Shown piece after piece: positions 20,148 to 29,349 of a stretch of DNA of 64,000 nucleotides (position 1 is the first letter of the stretch; each line of letters starts with the position of its first letter). The DNA comes from Vulcanimicrobiota bacterium (GTDB taxonomy: Bacteria > Vulcanimicrobiota > Vulcanimicrobiia > Vulcanimicrobiales > Vulcanimicrobiaceae): the NCBI GenBank assembly GCA_963820825.1, contig CAWGBN010000005.1:96001-160000 (forward strand), in the 5' to 3' direction. Made by a program: the position numbers and the translations under genes. A model generated the notes under the pieces. That model ran no database searches. It worked only from the letters and a program-made list of their open reading frames with translations, and was not told the origin of the DNA.

Positions 20148-21289
20148 GCGGTCGAGCCGCCGATCTCCGCGAGATAGTCGGGATATTTTTCGGCGATGAC
20201 TTTCTCGATCTCCAAGCGCAGCATCCCGAGCAGCTCGTCTTCGGGATAGGTGCCCACGAGCTCGCCGGCGCGATAGATCGCGCCCTTACCCTTGCCGCCG
20301 GCGACGCCGACGTCGGCCATCTTCGATTCGCCCGGCCCGTTGACGACGCAGCCCATCACCGCGACCTTCACCGGAGCGCTGTACGATTTCGCAATCGCTT
20401 CGACGGCGCGCCCGAGCTCGAGCACGGAGATCTCCGCGCGTCCGCACGAGGGGCAGGCGGTAATTTCAAAACCCTTTTCGCGCAAGCCCAGCGACTTGAG
20501 GATGCCCCAGCAGACCGGAACCTCTTCGATCGGATCGGCCGCGAGCGAGACGCGAATCGTGTCGCCGATGCCCTCCCAGAGCAGAATTCCCAATCCGATC
20601 GACGACTTGATCGTGCCGTCGCGCAGCAATCCCGCCTCGGTGATGCCGAGGTGGAGCGCGTAGGGCGTCGCGCGTTCGCGTAAACGCTCGTCCATCAGCC
20701 GATAGGCTTGCACCGTCGTCGCGACGTCGTGCGCCTTGAGGGAGATCGCGATCTCGGTATGACCGTGCCCTTCGAGCAACTCGACGTGACGCAGCGCCGA
20801 GAGCACCATGGCCTCCGCAGTGTGGCCGAACGACTTCTCCAGATCGGGCGCGAGCGAGCCCATGTTCACGCCGACCCGAATCGGAATGGCGCGCGCTTTC
20901 GCGGCCTCGACGACCTCGGCGACCTTCTTTGGATCGCGAATATTGCCCGGATTCAATCGGAGCTTCGCCACCCCCGCCTCGATCGCGGCGAGTGCCATCT
21001 TGTGATCGAAGTGAATGTCGGCGACGATCGGGACCGGCGAACGATAGACGATCGCCGGGAGCCCGGCCGCATCGGGCGGGTCCTTGACGGTGACGCGAAC
21101 GACCTCGCAGCCTTCCATCGCGAGGCCGTAGATCTGTTCGAGCGTCGCGTCGGCGTCCGCCGTATCGGTCGTGGTCATCGACTGCACGACCACCGGATGA
21201 TTCCCGCCGATCCAGACGCTCTTCGCGTCGGACTTCCCGGTTTTGTTTTGCAGGAAGATCGGCTTGCTCTTACGCCGGACGCGCAGCAT
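20144..21289 (-). CDS. ispG: HMBPP synthase
   Basis: VQSMTTT, ADIHF, RLNPGN, CPSCGR and MGCVVNGPGE. Confidence 0.97.
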   Translation of the reverse strand: MLRVRRKSKPIFLQNKTGKSDAKSVWIGGNHPVVVQSMTTTDTADADATLEQIYGLAMEGCEVVRVTVKDPPDAAGLPAIVYRSPVPIVADIHFDHKMALAAIEAGVAKLRLNPGNIRDPKKVAEVVEAAKARAIPIRVGVNMGSLAPDLEKSFGHTAEAMVLSALRHVELLEGHGHTEIAISLKAHDVATTVQAYRLMDERLRERATPYALHLGITEAGLLRDGTIKSSIGLGILLWEGIGDTIRVSLAADPIEEVPVCWGILKSLGLREKGFEITACPSCGRAEISVLELGRAVEAIAKSYSAPVKVAVMGCVVNGPGESKMADVGVAGGKGKGAIYRAGELVGTYPEDELLGMLRLEIEKVIAEKYPDYLAEIGGSTA

Positions 21290-22422
21290 TACATGATCCC
21301 CTGTCCGCTGACGATACGGGCGATATCGTGAAACGCGACGAGCATGATCAGTGCCATCAGCGCGGCAAAGCCGGCGATGTGCACCATCGCCTCTTTCTCC
21401 GGGTCGACCGGCCGCCCGCGAATGAGCTCGGCGATGATGAAGGCCGCGCGTCCGCCGTCGAGCGCGGGAATCGGCAAGAGATTGAAGAGCCCGAGCGCAA
21501 ACGAGATCGTCGCTGCCAGCGAGAAATACGGCCCCCAGCCCCAGTCCTGAACGGTTGCGGCGACCTGCCCCATCCCGATCGGCCCGGAGACTTGGGGCGC
21601 GTACTTCGAGAACTGCGTCACGAGCAGCGCGAGCCCGCTAAACGTCTGGCTCGCGACCGCCTTGAACTCATCTGCACTCTGCCGAACCGCGGCGACGAAC
21701 CCGACCCGCTCGTACGCGGGTACCGGCTGAAACCCGATGCACCCGTTCTGCTTTCCAACGCCCGCGGGACAGGGGCGCGGTCGCACGTAGACCTCCGTCC
21801 GAATGCCGTTGCGCTCGTAAACCAGGTCGAGTTGCTTGCCGAGTGCCCGATGGATCGTATCGACCAGCGTCTTGCCGGAGACGATGCTCGCGTTATCGAT
21901 AGCGACGATGCGATCGCCGGGACGAATACCGGCGATTGCTGCCGGAGATCCGGGGATCACCTCGCCGACCACCGGCATCGCTTTGTCGCTCGCGACGCCG
22001 AATGCGAGCGCGCTGACGAGTAGGATGAGATAGCAGAGCAAGAAGTTTGCAAGCGGGCCGGCCAGGATGATCACGAGCCGGCGCCATGGCGACTTCGCTT
22101 GGAAGTTACTCGCTTCGGCGACGCCTTCGGCTCGGAACTCGCGCTGTTGCTGCGCTTCGGAGACGCGCGCATCCTCGCCCTCCATCGAGCAGAAGCCGCC
22201 GATCGGCAGCGCGCGCAGCGTGTAGAGCGTTCCGCTGCGCGGGCTCGCCCAGGCGAAGAGCTTTGGACCGAAGCCGACCGCAAACTCGTTGACGCGCACC
22301 CCATTACGCCGAGCCATGATGAAGTGCCCGAGCTCGTGAAGCACGATCAGGATCGAAAGCATCACCAAAAAGGTGACGACCTTCTCAAACCCGACGAACG
22401 TGACGACTGCTAACAAATTCAA
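21289..22422 (-). CDS. rseP: RIP metalloprotease (M50 + PDZ)
   Basis: HELGH, PDZ domain and NLLPIPALDG. Confidence 0.95.
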   Translation of the reverse strand: MNLLAVVTFVGFEKVVTFLVMLSILIVLHELGHFIMARRNGVRVNEFAVGFGPKLFAWASPRSGTLYTLRALPIGGFCSMEGEDARVSEAQQQREFRAEGVAEASNFQAKSPWRRLVIILAGPLANFLLCYLILLVSALAFGVASDKAMPVVGEVIPGSPAAIAGIRPGDRIVAIDNASIVSGKTLVDTIHRALGKQLDLVYERNGIRTEVYVRPRPCPAGVGKQNGCIGFQPVPAYERVGFVAAVRQSADEFKAVASQTFSGLALLVTQFSKYAPQVSGPIGMGQVAATVQDWGWGPYFSLAATISFALGLFNLLPIPALDGGRAAFIIAELIRGRPVDPEKEAMVHIAGFAALMALIMLVAFHDIARIVSGQGIM

Positions 22423-23591
22423 CGACTAGGTCTTTCGATGGCCTCGACGATCTCTCCGGCGGACTTGCGCGCGTCCCGGTCGGCCTTTCTTACCCCGTCG
22501 AGGGTCAGTTCTTCCGGGCGGGCGGCGTGCATCGCCCCTTCGATCACCTGGGAGATGCGTCCGAAGGATATCCTCCCTTCTACAAACGCAGCGACCGCTA
22601 TTTCGTTTGCAGCCGAGAGGACGGCGGGCTGGGTGCCTCCGGCGGCCAGCGCTTCGTACGCGAGCGCGATGCAAGGGAACCGAGCCGGATCGGGCGCCTC
22701 GAACTCGTATCGGAGGGTAACGTCACCCTCCTTGGCCCCGAGCATTTTGAGTACTCCATCGTTGCCGGCACCAACTGGGGAGCCCACAAGGTCCCCAAAC
22801 GACCTCAGTCGTTTGGGATAGCTCAGCGCGTAGCCGATCGGAACGCGCATGTCGGGCGCGGCGAGTTGCGACTTGATACTGCCGTCGCTGAAGATGACGA
22901 AACCGTGCGCGACCGATTGCGGGTGCACGACGATGCGGATCCGTTCGCCTTCGATCCCGAAGAGCCGGCTCGCCTCGATCACCTCGAGTCCCTTGTTCAT
23001 CATCGTCGCCGAGTCGATCGTGTTCTTCGTCCCCATTCTCCACGTCGGATGCGCGAGCGCGGCCGCCAAGTCGGCACGCTCCATCTCCTCGCGCGAGGCG
23101 GTGCGAAACGGACCGCCGGAGGCGGTCAAGACGATCGCCGCAACGCTCGACGGCACTTCGCCGACGAGACATTGAAAGATCGCGCTATGCTCGCTATCGA
23201 CGGGTAGGAGGCGCGAGCCGCTGCGTTGCGCGCGCTCGACGAGCAGCGCGCCGGCCGCGACGACGAGTTCTTTATTTGCAACGGCCACGTCGATGCCGCG
23301 CTCGACCGCGGCGAAGACGGCTTCGAAGGCGATGGAACCGTCGGTTGCGGCGAGCAGAATCTCCGGGCCGCTCTCTACCGCGACGCGTCGTAGCCCTTCG
23401 GGGCCGTCGGCCGCCAAGGTCGCGACCTTCGCTCCGAATCGTTCGGCCTGTTCGCGCAACAGCTCTACGTTGCGTCCCGCCGCCAAGCCGACGACCTCGA
23501 ACTCATCGGGATGGCGGGCGATGACGTCGAGGGCCTGCGTTCCGATCGAACCGGTCGATCCCAGGATCGCAACGCGCCGCCGCGCCGTCAC
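22419..23591 (-). CDS. dxr: 1-deoxy-D-xylulose 5-phosphate reductoisomerase
   Basis: LGSTGSIG, ANKE, PVDSEH, TASGGPF and NKGLEVIEA. Confidence 0.97.
   Translation of the reverse strand: MTARRRVAILGSTGSIGTQALDVIARHPDEFEVVGLAAGRNVELLREQAERFGAKVATLAADGPEGLRRVAVESGPEILLAATDGSIAFEAVFAAVERGIDVAVANKELVVAAGALLVERAQRSGSRLLPVDSEHSAIFQCLVGEVPSSVAAIVLTASGGPFRTASREEMERADLAAALAHPTWRMGTKNTIDSATMMNKGLEVIEASRLFGIEGERIRIVVHPQSVAHGFVIFSDGSIKSQLAAPDMRVPIGYALSYPKRLRSFGDLVGSPVGAGNDGVLKMLGAKEGDVTLRYEFEAPDPARFPCIALAYEALAAGGTQPAVLSAANEIAVAAFVEGRISFGRISQVIEGAMHAARPEELTLDGVRKADRDARKSAGEIVEAIERPSR
22794..22817. repeat. Perfect 10-bp inverted repeat inside dxr
   Basis: CCCAAACGAC-ctca-GTCGTTTGGG read directly from the sequence. 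Confidence 0.85.
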
Positions 23592-24391
23592 TGGACTTGC
23601 AGAATTCCGACGAGATGGAGCGTTGCGTAAAACGTAACGCCGCCGAGCAAGTACGAGTCGAATCGATCGAGCACGCCGCCGTGTCCTTGAATCATCGCGC
23701 CGGCATCTTTGACGCCGGCGTCGCGCTTAAAGGCCGACTCGACGAGATCGCCCACCTGCGCGGCGATGCTCGTTGCGAAGGCCAGCGCGGCTCCCTGCCA
23801 CCACTCGATGTGAAGCTGCGGCAGCCAACTCGCGGCCGCACCGGCGACCGTAACGATCGCGAGCGCTCCGAGCGAACCTTCGACGGTTTTCTTCGGTGAG
23901 ATCCGGGTGAGGCTATGGCGTCCGATACTCGATCCGACCAGCATGGCGAAGGTGTCGGTGAGCGCGATCAGCACGATCACGAAGAAGGTCATCCACATGC
24001 CGTTTCCGGCGATCTGGCGGATGAAGACGAAGTATGTCAGCAGCTTGCCGATGTAGAGAACGGCGACGAGCGTGTAGGCCGTGCGGGCAAAGTAGCCTTT
24101 CTCTTCGCCGTACATGCCGATCGCGAACGCGACGATAACGGTGCCGGCGAGCAGAACCCCTTCCCACTTGTGGAGCAGGCCGAATACCGCCATCGCGACG
24201 TACGCGCAGACGCCGAGGACCGCGACGGGATACTCGAGCGGCTGCCCCTTGATCGCACAGAGATAGTTGAACTCGTAGATGCTTGCCAGAGCGATGGCGA
24301 GGATCAGCACGTAGAACGCCCAGGGGTAGAGCACGCAGAGCAGGCCGATCGCCGCGACGATCAAGCCCACCACGATTCGCCGTTCGCTCAA
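23588..24391 (-). CDS. cdsA: Phosphatidate cytidylyltransferase
   Basis: ISPKKTVEG and GDLVESAFKRDAGVKD...GHGGVLDRFDS. Confidence 0.96.
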   Translation of the reverse strand: MSERRIVVGLIVAAIGLLCVLYPWAFYVLILAIALASIYEFNYLCAIKGQPLEYPVAVLGVCAYVAMAVFGLLHKWEGVLLAGTVIVAFAIGMYGEEKGYFARTAYTLVAVLYIGKLLTYFVFIRQIAGNGMWMTFFVIVLIALTDTFAMLVGSSIGRHSLTRISPKKTVEGSLGALAIVTVAGAAASWLPQLHIEWWQGAALAFATSIAAQVGDLVESAFKRDAGVKDAGAMIQGHGGVLDRFDSYLLGGVTFYATLHLVGILQVQ

Positions 24392-25131
24392 GTCCCGCCG
24401 AAGCGCCGTTCCCGCTGCTGAAAAACGATCAACGCTCGCACGAAGTCATCCCTCGAGAAGTCCGGCCAATAAACGTCGGTCATCACGAGCTCGGCGTAAG
24501 CGGCCTGGTAGAGCAGAAAGTTCGAGAGCCGCTGTTCGCCGCCTGGCCGAATCAGCAAGTCGAGCTCGGGGAGATCGGTCGTGTACAAGTAGCGCCCGAT
24601 CAGCGCCTCGTCCACGCTCTCCGGTGCGAGCTCGCCGCGCGCGACGTCGCGAGCGATCGCGCGGACGGCGCGCTCGAGCTCGGCTCGCGAACTATAATTG
24701 ACCGCGAGATTGAGGACCACACCGGTATTCCCCGCAGTCTGGGCCTGCAGATCGGCAAGCGCACTGCGCGGCGCGGGAGGCAGCGACTCCCATTCGCCGA
24801 TCACCTTGACCCGCACGTTGTTGCGGCGAAGCTCGATGAGCTCGTTGCGCGCGAAGTAGACGCAAAGCTCGAAGAGGAGCGATACCTCGCGAGCGTCCCG
24901 GTTCCAGTTTTCGGTCGAGAAACCGTAGACCGTCAGCGCGTCGATGCCGAGATCGCTCGCCGCGCGCGTCACGTGGCGCAGCGCGATCATCCCGCGGCGA
25001 TGGCCTTCGATCGCCGGCAATCCGCGCTCGCGCGCCCAGCGCCGGTTTCCATCCATGATTATCGCGACGTGTCTCGGTAGGCCGCGCACGTCGAGCGCCG
25101 GGCGAGCGCCCGCAACCAGCGATAGGCTCAC
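24388..25131 (-). CDS. uppS: Undecaprenyl diphosphate synthase
   Basis: HVAIIMDGNRRW, FSTENW, RLSNFLL and RRFGG. Likely GTG start at 25131. Confidence 0.96.
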   Translation of the reverse strand: MSLSLVAGARPALDVRGLPRHVAIIMDGNRRWARERGLPAIEGHRRGMIALRHVTRAASDLGIDALTVYGFSTENWNRDAREVSLLFELCVYFARNELIELRRNNVRVKVIGEWESLPPAPRSALADLQAQTAGNTGVVLNLAVNYSSRAELERAVRAIARDVARGELAPESVDEALIGRYLYTTDLPELDLLIRPGGEQRLSNFLLYQAAYAELVMTDVYWPDFSRDDFVRALIVFQQRERRFGGT

Positions 25132-25319
25132 GGGCGGTACGACTCGTATCCGACCGTCAGATCCGCCGACTGGTCGTCGCCGATCTTCAAGCGAAGCACC
25201 CGCAAAACGCCGTAGCCGAGCCACGTCCCGAACGGAGCGAGCACTCGCAGACGAATCTGCCGCTCTCCCAACGCGCGGCGTGCCTGAACTTCCGGGAGAA
25301 GGATGAGATCCTCACTCAC
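25128..25319 (-). CDS. Small hypothetical protein (63 aa) between frr and uppS
   Basis: 4-nt start/stop overlaps with both frr and uppS. Confidence 0.6.
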   Translation of the reverse strand: MSEDLILLPEVQARRALGERQIRLRVLAPFGTWLGYGVLRVLRLKIGDDQSADLTVGYESYRP

Positions 25320-25873
25320 ACTTCCATGATCTCTTTTTCCTTCGCGGCAACGAGTCCGTCGATCTCCTTGACGTACTTGTCGGTCAACCGTTGCAGCGAT
25401 TCTTGCATCCGTTTATTGTCGTCTTCGGTAATCTCGTGTGACTTGAGCTGCGCCTTGAGCTCGTCGTGCGCGCGGTGGCGGACGTTGCGGACGGCGATGC
25501 GCCCGTCCTCAGCTTTCTTTTTGACGATCTTGGCGAGGTCTTTGCGGCGTTCTTCGTTCAGCGGCGGAATCAGCAGACGAATCGCCGAGCCGTCGACGTT
25601 CGGCGTCAAGCCGAGTTCGCTCTTCTCCACCGCTTTGCGAATCGCCGGAACGACGCCCTTATCCCAGGCGGTGATCAGCAGCGTTCGCGAATCGGGAGTC
25701 GAGACGCCGGCGACTTGTTTGAGCGGGACCATCTGACCGTACGCTTCCACCGTAAGACGGTCAAGAAGCGCGGGCGCCGCGCGCCCGGTCCGAATCGACG
25801 CGAACTCGCCGCGCGTCGCCTCGACGCATTTTTGCATTCTCGATTCGATCTCGTTGAAATACGCATCGGCCAT
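25316..25873 (-). CDS. frr: Ribosome recycling factor
   Basis: IRTGRA, PPLNEERRK and KEKEIM. Confidence 0.97.
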   Translation of the reverse strand: MADAYFNEIESRMQKCVEATRGEFASIRTGRAAPALLDRLTVEAYGQMVPLKQVAGVSTPDSRTLLITAWDKGVVPAIRKAVEKSELGLTPNVDGSAIRLLIPPLNEERRKDLAKIVKKKAEDGRIAVRNVRHRAHDELKAQLKSHEITEDDNKRMQESLQRLTDKYVKEIDGLVAAKEKEIMEV

Positions 25874-25875
25874 GC

Positions 25876-26634
25876 TTACGAACTCCCCGCGCCCGCCGGC
25901 GCCGCTTCGCGCCGCCCAACGTACGTGCCGATCGGCTCGCCCCAGATCACCCGGCGAATGTTGCCGGGGACGGACATGTCGAAGACGATTACCGGCAGCG
26001 CGTTATCCATGCAGAGTGCCATCGACGTCGAATCCATCACCTCGAGACCGCGCTGAAGCACCTCCATGTAATCGAGCCGCTCGAAGCGGGTCGCCGTCGG
26101 ATCCTTCTTCGGATCTGCCGTGTAGATGCCGTCGACCTTCGTCGCCTTGAGAATCGCCTCGGCGTTGACCTCGACCGCGCGAAGCGCTGCGGTCGTATCG
26201 GTGGTGAAGTACGGGTTCCCCGTTCCGGCGGCAAAGATCACGACGCGCCCCTTCTCGAGATGACGAATCGCGCGACGCCGGATATACGGTTCCGCAATCT
26301 GATGCATCGCGATCGCCGTCTGAACTCGCGAGGCCACGCCCATTCGTTCGAGCGCATCTTGCAGGGCGAGCGCGTTGATTACCGTCGCGAGCATGCCCAT
26401 GTAGTCGGCGGTCGCGCGTTCCATTCCGGCCTCTTCGTGCACCTTACCGCGCCAGATGTTTCCGCCGCCGACCACGATCGCGACGGAGACTCCGCCCCGG
26501 CGGACCTCGGCGATCTGCTCCGCCATCGTGCGCGTGGTATTGACGTCGACGCCGGTGCTGTCGCCGCTAAAGGCTTCGCCGGAGATCTTCAGGAGGACGC
26601 GAGCGTATCTCGCGGCGCCGAGTTCACTCGCCAA
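25876..26634 (-). CDS. pyrH: UMP kinase
   Basis: [16 protein letters not shown] and GNPYFTTD. Likely TTG start at 26634. Confidence 0.97.
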   Translation of the reverse strand: MASELGAARYARVLLKISGEAFSGDSTGVDVNTTRTMAEQIAEVRRGGVSVAIVVGGGNIWRGKVHEEAGMERATADYMGMLATVINALALQDALERMGVASRVQTAIAMHQIAEPYIRRRAIRHLEKGRVVIFAAGTGNPYFTTDTTAALRAVEVNAEAILKATKVDGIYTADPKKDPTATRFERLDYMEVLQRGLEVMDSTSMALCMDNALPVIVFDMSVPGNIRRVIWGEPIGTYVGRREAAPAGAGSS

Positions 26635-27223
26635 GAGCGTATCGCGCAAAGCGACGGACGCGAATCTTCTCACCCAAGGCCCCGATCGCACGAAAGATGA
26701 GGTCGCCGACGCTCATCGTGTCGTCCTTAACGAAGGCCTGATCGAGCAGGCAGTGCTCTTCGAACCATTTCGCCAGCTTGCCCTCGACGATCCGCTCCCC
26801 GACCTCCGCCGATTTGCCGGCGGGAATGGAGGAGCGAAACTCGCTGCGAAGACGGTCGACCTCGGCCGCCGGTACGCTCTCCCGATCGAGATACTGCGGC
26901 GACATCGCTGCGATATGCATCGCGATGTCGCGCGAAAGGTCGCCGAACTTTGGGTTGCGCGCAACGAAATCGGTCTCGCTGTTGACCTCCACCAGCACGC
27001 CGATCTTGCCGCCGGCGTGAATGTAGCTGGTCACCAGGCCCTCTTCGGCGGCGCGCTCCGCCTTCTTGGCTGCCTGCGCTGCGCCGCGCTCGAGCAGCAA
27101 CGTCTTGGCGCGCTCCACGTCGCCCGCCGCGTCGAGCAGCGCCTTGCGGCAATCCATCATCGGAGCGCTCGTCTCTTCCCGCAGCGCCTTGATCTCCTCG
27201 GGCTTGGGTTGATAGGAAATCAA
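26624..27223 (-). CDS. tsf: Elongation factor Ts, short form (199 aa)
   Basis: [26 protein letters not shown] and RRFARY. Confidence 0.96.
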   Translation of the reverse strand: MISYQPKPEEIKALREETSAPMMDCRKALLDAAGDVERAKTLLLERGAAQAAKKAERAAEEGLVTSYIHAGGKIGVLVEVNSETDFVARNPKFGDLSRDIAMHIAAMSPQYLDRESVPAAEVDRLRSEFRSSIPAGKSAEVGERIVEGKLAKWFEEHCLLDQAFVKDDTMSVGDLIFRAIGALGEKIRVRRFARYALGE

Positions 27224-27993
27224 CGTGCGACCTCCGCCATGGTCGCGGGAGCCTCGCCGGCGAACTCCCCGGGCCTCGACTCGTACGCGTCTTGATCGTA
27301 GGCGCTCTCGCTCTCCGTCTTACCTTCGATGATCGCGTCGGCGATTTTCGAAACCATGAGCTTCACCGCCCGAATCGCATCGTCGTTGCCGGGAATCGGA
27401 TAATCGATCTCGTCGGGATCGCAGTTCGTGTCGATGACCGCGATGATCGGGATCTTCAGCTTGCGCGCCTCCAGCACCGCAATGCGCTCCTTCTTGGGAT
27501 CGACGATGAAGAGCGCGTCGGGGAGGCGGTGCATATCTTTGATTCCGCCGAGAAAGCGCTCGAGGCGATTCATCTCGTCCTGAAGCTTCGCCACTTCTTT
27601 CTTGGGGAGGCGGTCGAAGTCGCCTTGCATCTTCATGTTCTCGAGCTCGCGCAGGCGGGCGATCCGCTTCTGAATCGTCGCGAAGTTCGTCAACGTGCCG
27701 CCGAGCCAGCGCTGATTGATGAAGTACGTCCCGGCGCGCTCGGCCTCTTCCCGAACCACGTCCTGAGCCTGCTTCTTGGTGCCGACGAAGAGAATGATCC
27801 GGCCGTCGCGCGAGAGCTGTCTGACGACCTCGTACGTCTCCCGCAGCTTGGCGACCGTGAGCGCAAGATCGATGATATAGATCCCGTTGCGCTCTTGAAA
27901 GATGAAGGGCTTCATCTTGGGGTTCCATCGGCGCGTCTGATGGCCGAAATGGACGCCCGCTTCCAGGAGCTCCCTCATGGTGATGACGCTCAT
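27220..27993 (-). CDS. rpsB: 30S ribosomal protein S2
   Basis: [15 protein letters not shown] and DTNCDPD...[11 protein letters not shown] at 27993. Confidence 0.98.
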   Translation of the reverse strand: MSVITMRELLEAGVHFGHQTRRWNPKMKPFIFQERNGIYIIDLALTVAKLRETYEVVRQLSRDGRIILFVGTKKQAQDVVREEAERAGTYFINQRWLGGTLTNFATIQKRIARLRELENMKMQGDFDRLPKKEVAKLQDEMNRLERFLGGIKDMHRLPDALFIVDPKKERIAVLEARKLKIPIIAVIDTNCDPDEIDYPIPGNDDAIRAVKLMVSKIADAIIEGKTESESAYDQDAYESRPGEFAGEAPATMAEVAR

Positions 27994-28110
27994 AGAGTAA
28001 CCTTTCTGGCTCCCGGCCGCGGCCCATCCTGGCATTGCGGTCGCATCGCGGAGCCATCGCCACCCCGCCTCCGTGCCGGGTGAAGTAAAGACAGCCGCGC
28101 GATTATAGCA
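27994..28110 (-). promoter_or_regulatory. rpsB promoter (extended -10) and structured 5' leader
   Basis: TGCTATAAT on the minus strand at 28110-28102. GC-rich leader with GGCTCC/GGAGCC pairing and GAAAGG upstream of the ATG. Confidence 0.6.
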
Positions 28111-28154
28111 CGCGCGAGGAAGAGCTCCAAGCGGCGGCGTGAGCAAGCAGACGG

Positions 28155-28179
28155 CTGCCGCGGGAACGGACCGTGGCAG
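28155..28179 (-). terminator. Possible stem-loop after the methyltransferase gene
   Basis: CTGCCGCGG...CCGTGGCAG near-perfect stem; no clear U tract. Confidence 0.3.
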
Positions 28180-28204
28180 ACGTCCTACCCTGACGTCAGT
28201 CGGC

Positions 28205-29278
28205 CTACGGGTGAGCCTCGTAGACGATGTTGAACGGCGTCTCGGCGGCCCGGCGAAAGTCTGAGAACCCGGCGTTGAGCACCACCTGACGCATCTGCGC
28301 CTCACCTGCCTGCGCTCCCAGCGCGAGACCGACGTCCTGCGCCAGCGCCGAGGGCGTACAGACCATCGTCGAAGCGGCATAGAAGATCCGCCCGACCGGC
28401 GTGAGGTTCTCTTCTAAGCGATCGCACGCGTAGGGTTCGACGATCATCAACGTGCCGTTGCTCTTGAGCGCCGTTCGAACGCGCGAGAGCACGCCGACCG
28501 GATCGCCCATGTCGTGCACGCAGTCGAAGCAGCAAATCAAGTCGAAGCCGCCCTGCGGCATCGCGCTTCCTGCAGCGATCTCGAATCGCACGCGATCCTC
28601 TACCCCCGCCCGGCGGGCGGCCTCACGCGCGGCTGCAATCGAGGCTTCGTGATAGTCGTAACCGACAAACGTCGACATCGGGAACGCCTTGGCCATCAAG
28701 ATCGTCGAGCTGCCGTAGCCGCAGCCGACGTCGGCCACCGACGCGCCGGTTCGCAGTTTGGCCTCGACCCCGGCCAAAGCGGGGAGCCAGTCGCGTACCA
28801 GATGCGCCGCATATCCGTTGCGAAAGATCCGGTCGGTCGTCCCATAGAGACGCGGATCGTGCTCGTGCCAGCCGACGCCCCGTCCCGTCTTGAACGCCTC
28901 GGTGATCTTCGGCTCGTCGGCGAAGAGCGGCGTCGCCATCCCGAACAACCCGCACATATTGACCTCGCTTTGATCGTCGGCCAGCAACGGAGCGTGCTCG
29001 GCAGGCAGTTCGAAGCGCGACGTCGCCGGGTCGTAGGATAGATAGCCGGCAGCGGCCTGATTCGAAAGCCACTCACGAACGTAGCGTTCGTTCGTGCCGG
29101 TGCGCTCCGCAAGTTCCTGCGACCTCTGCGGACCGCCCGCGGCAAGCGCCTTATAGAACCCGCGTTTGTCTCCGGTAAGAACCGAGGCGGCCGTCAGTAC
29201 GGCTCCGACGTCACCCAAGAAACGGCCGATGGCCGCCTCCAGCTTCGCCGCGTCGATGGGCAGGGCAGTGCTCGTCAA
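28205..29278 (-). CDS. Class I SAM methyltransferase with N-terminal winged helix (Rv2258c-like)
   Basis: [25 protein letters not shown] and LGAQAGE. Confidence 0.9.
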   Translation of the reverse strand: MTSTALPIDAAKLEAAIGRFLGDVGAVLTAASVLTGDKRGFYKALAAGGPQRSQELAERTGTNERYVREWLSNQAAAGYLSYDPATSRFELPAEHAPLLADDQSEVNMCGLFGMATPLFADEPKITEAFKTGRGVGWHEHDPRLYGTTDRIFRNGYAAHLVRDWLPALAGVEAKLRTGASVADVGCGYGSSTILMAKAFPMSTFVGYDYHEASIAAAREAARRAGVEDRVRFEIAAGSAMPQGGFDLICCFDCVHDMGDPVGVLSRVRTALKSNGTLMIVEPYACDRLEENLTPVGRIFYAASTMVCTPSALAQDVGLALGAQAGEAQMRQVVLNAGFSDFRRAAETPFNIVYEAHP

Positions 29279-29349
29279 GGTATCGTCCTCCAGTGAAGAA
29301 AAGTCATTTCTCGCACCATAGCAACGCGCGGCGGGTCGTGCATCGGGAG

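Noticed and set aside
27994..28380. N-terminal extensions of RpsB (likewise GlpX, PyrH, UppS, Amj) in the ORF track
   Set aside because: Conserved starts with RBS or promoter signals lie downstream.
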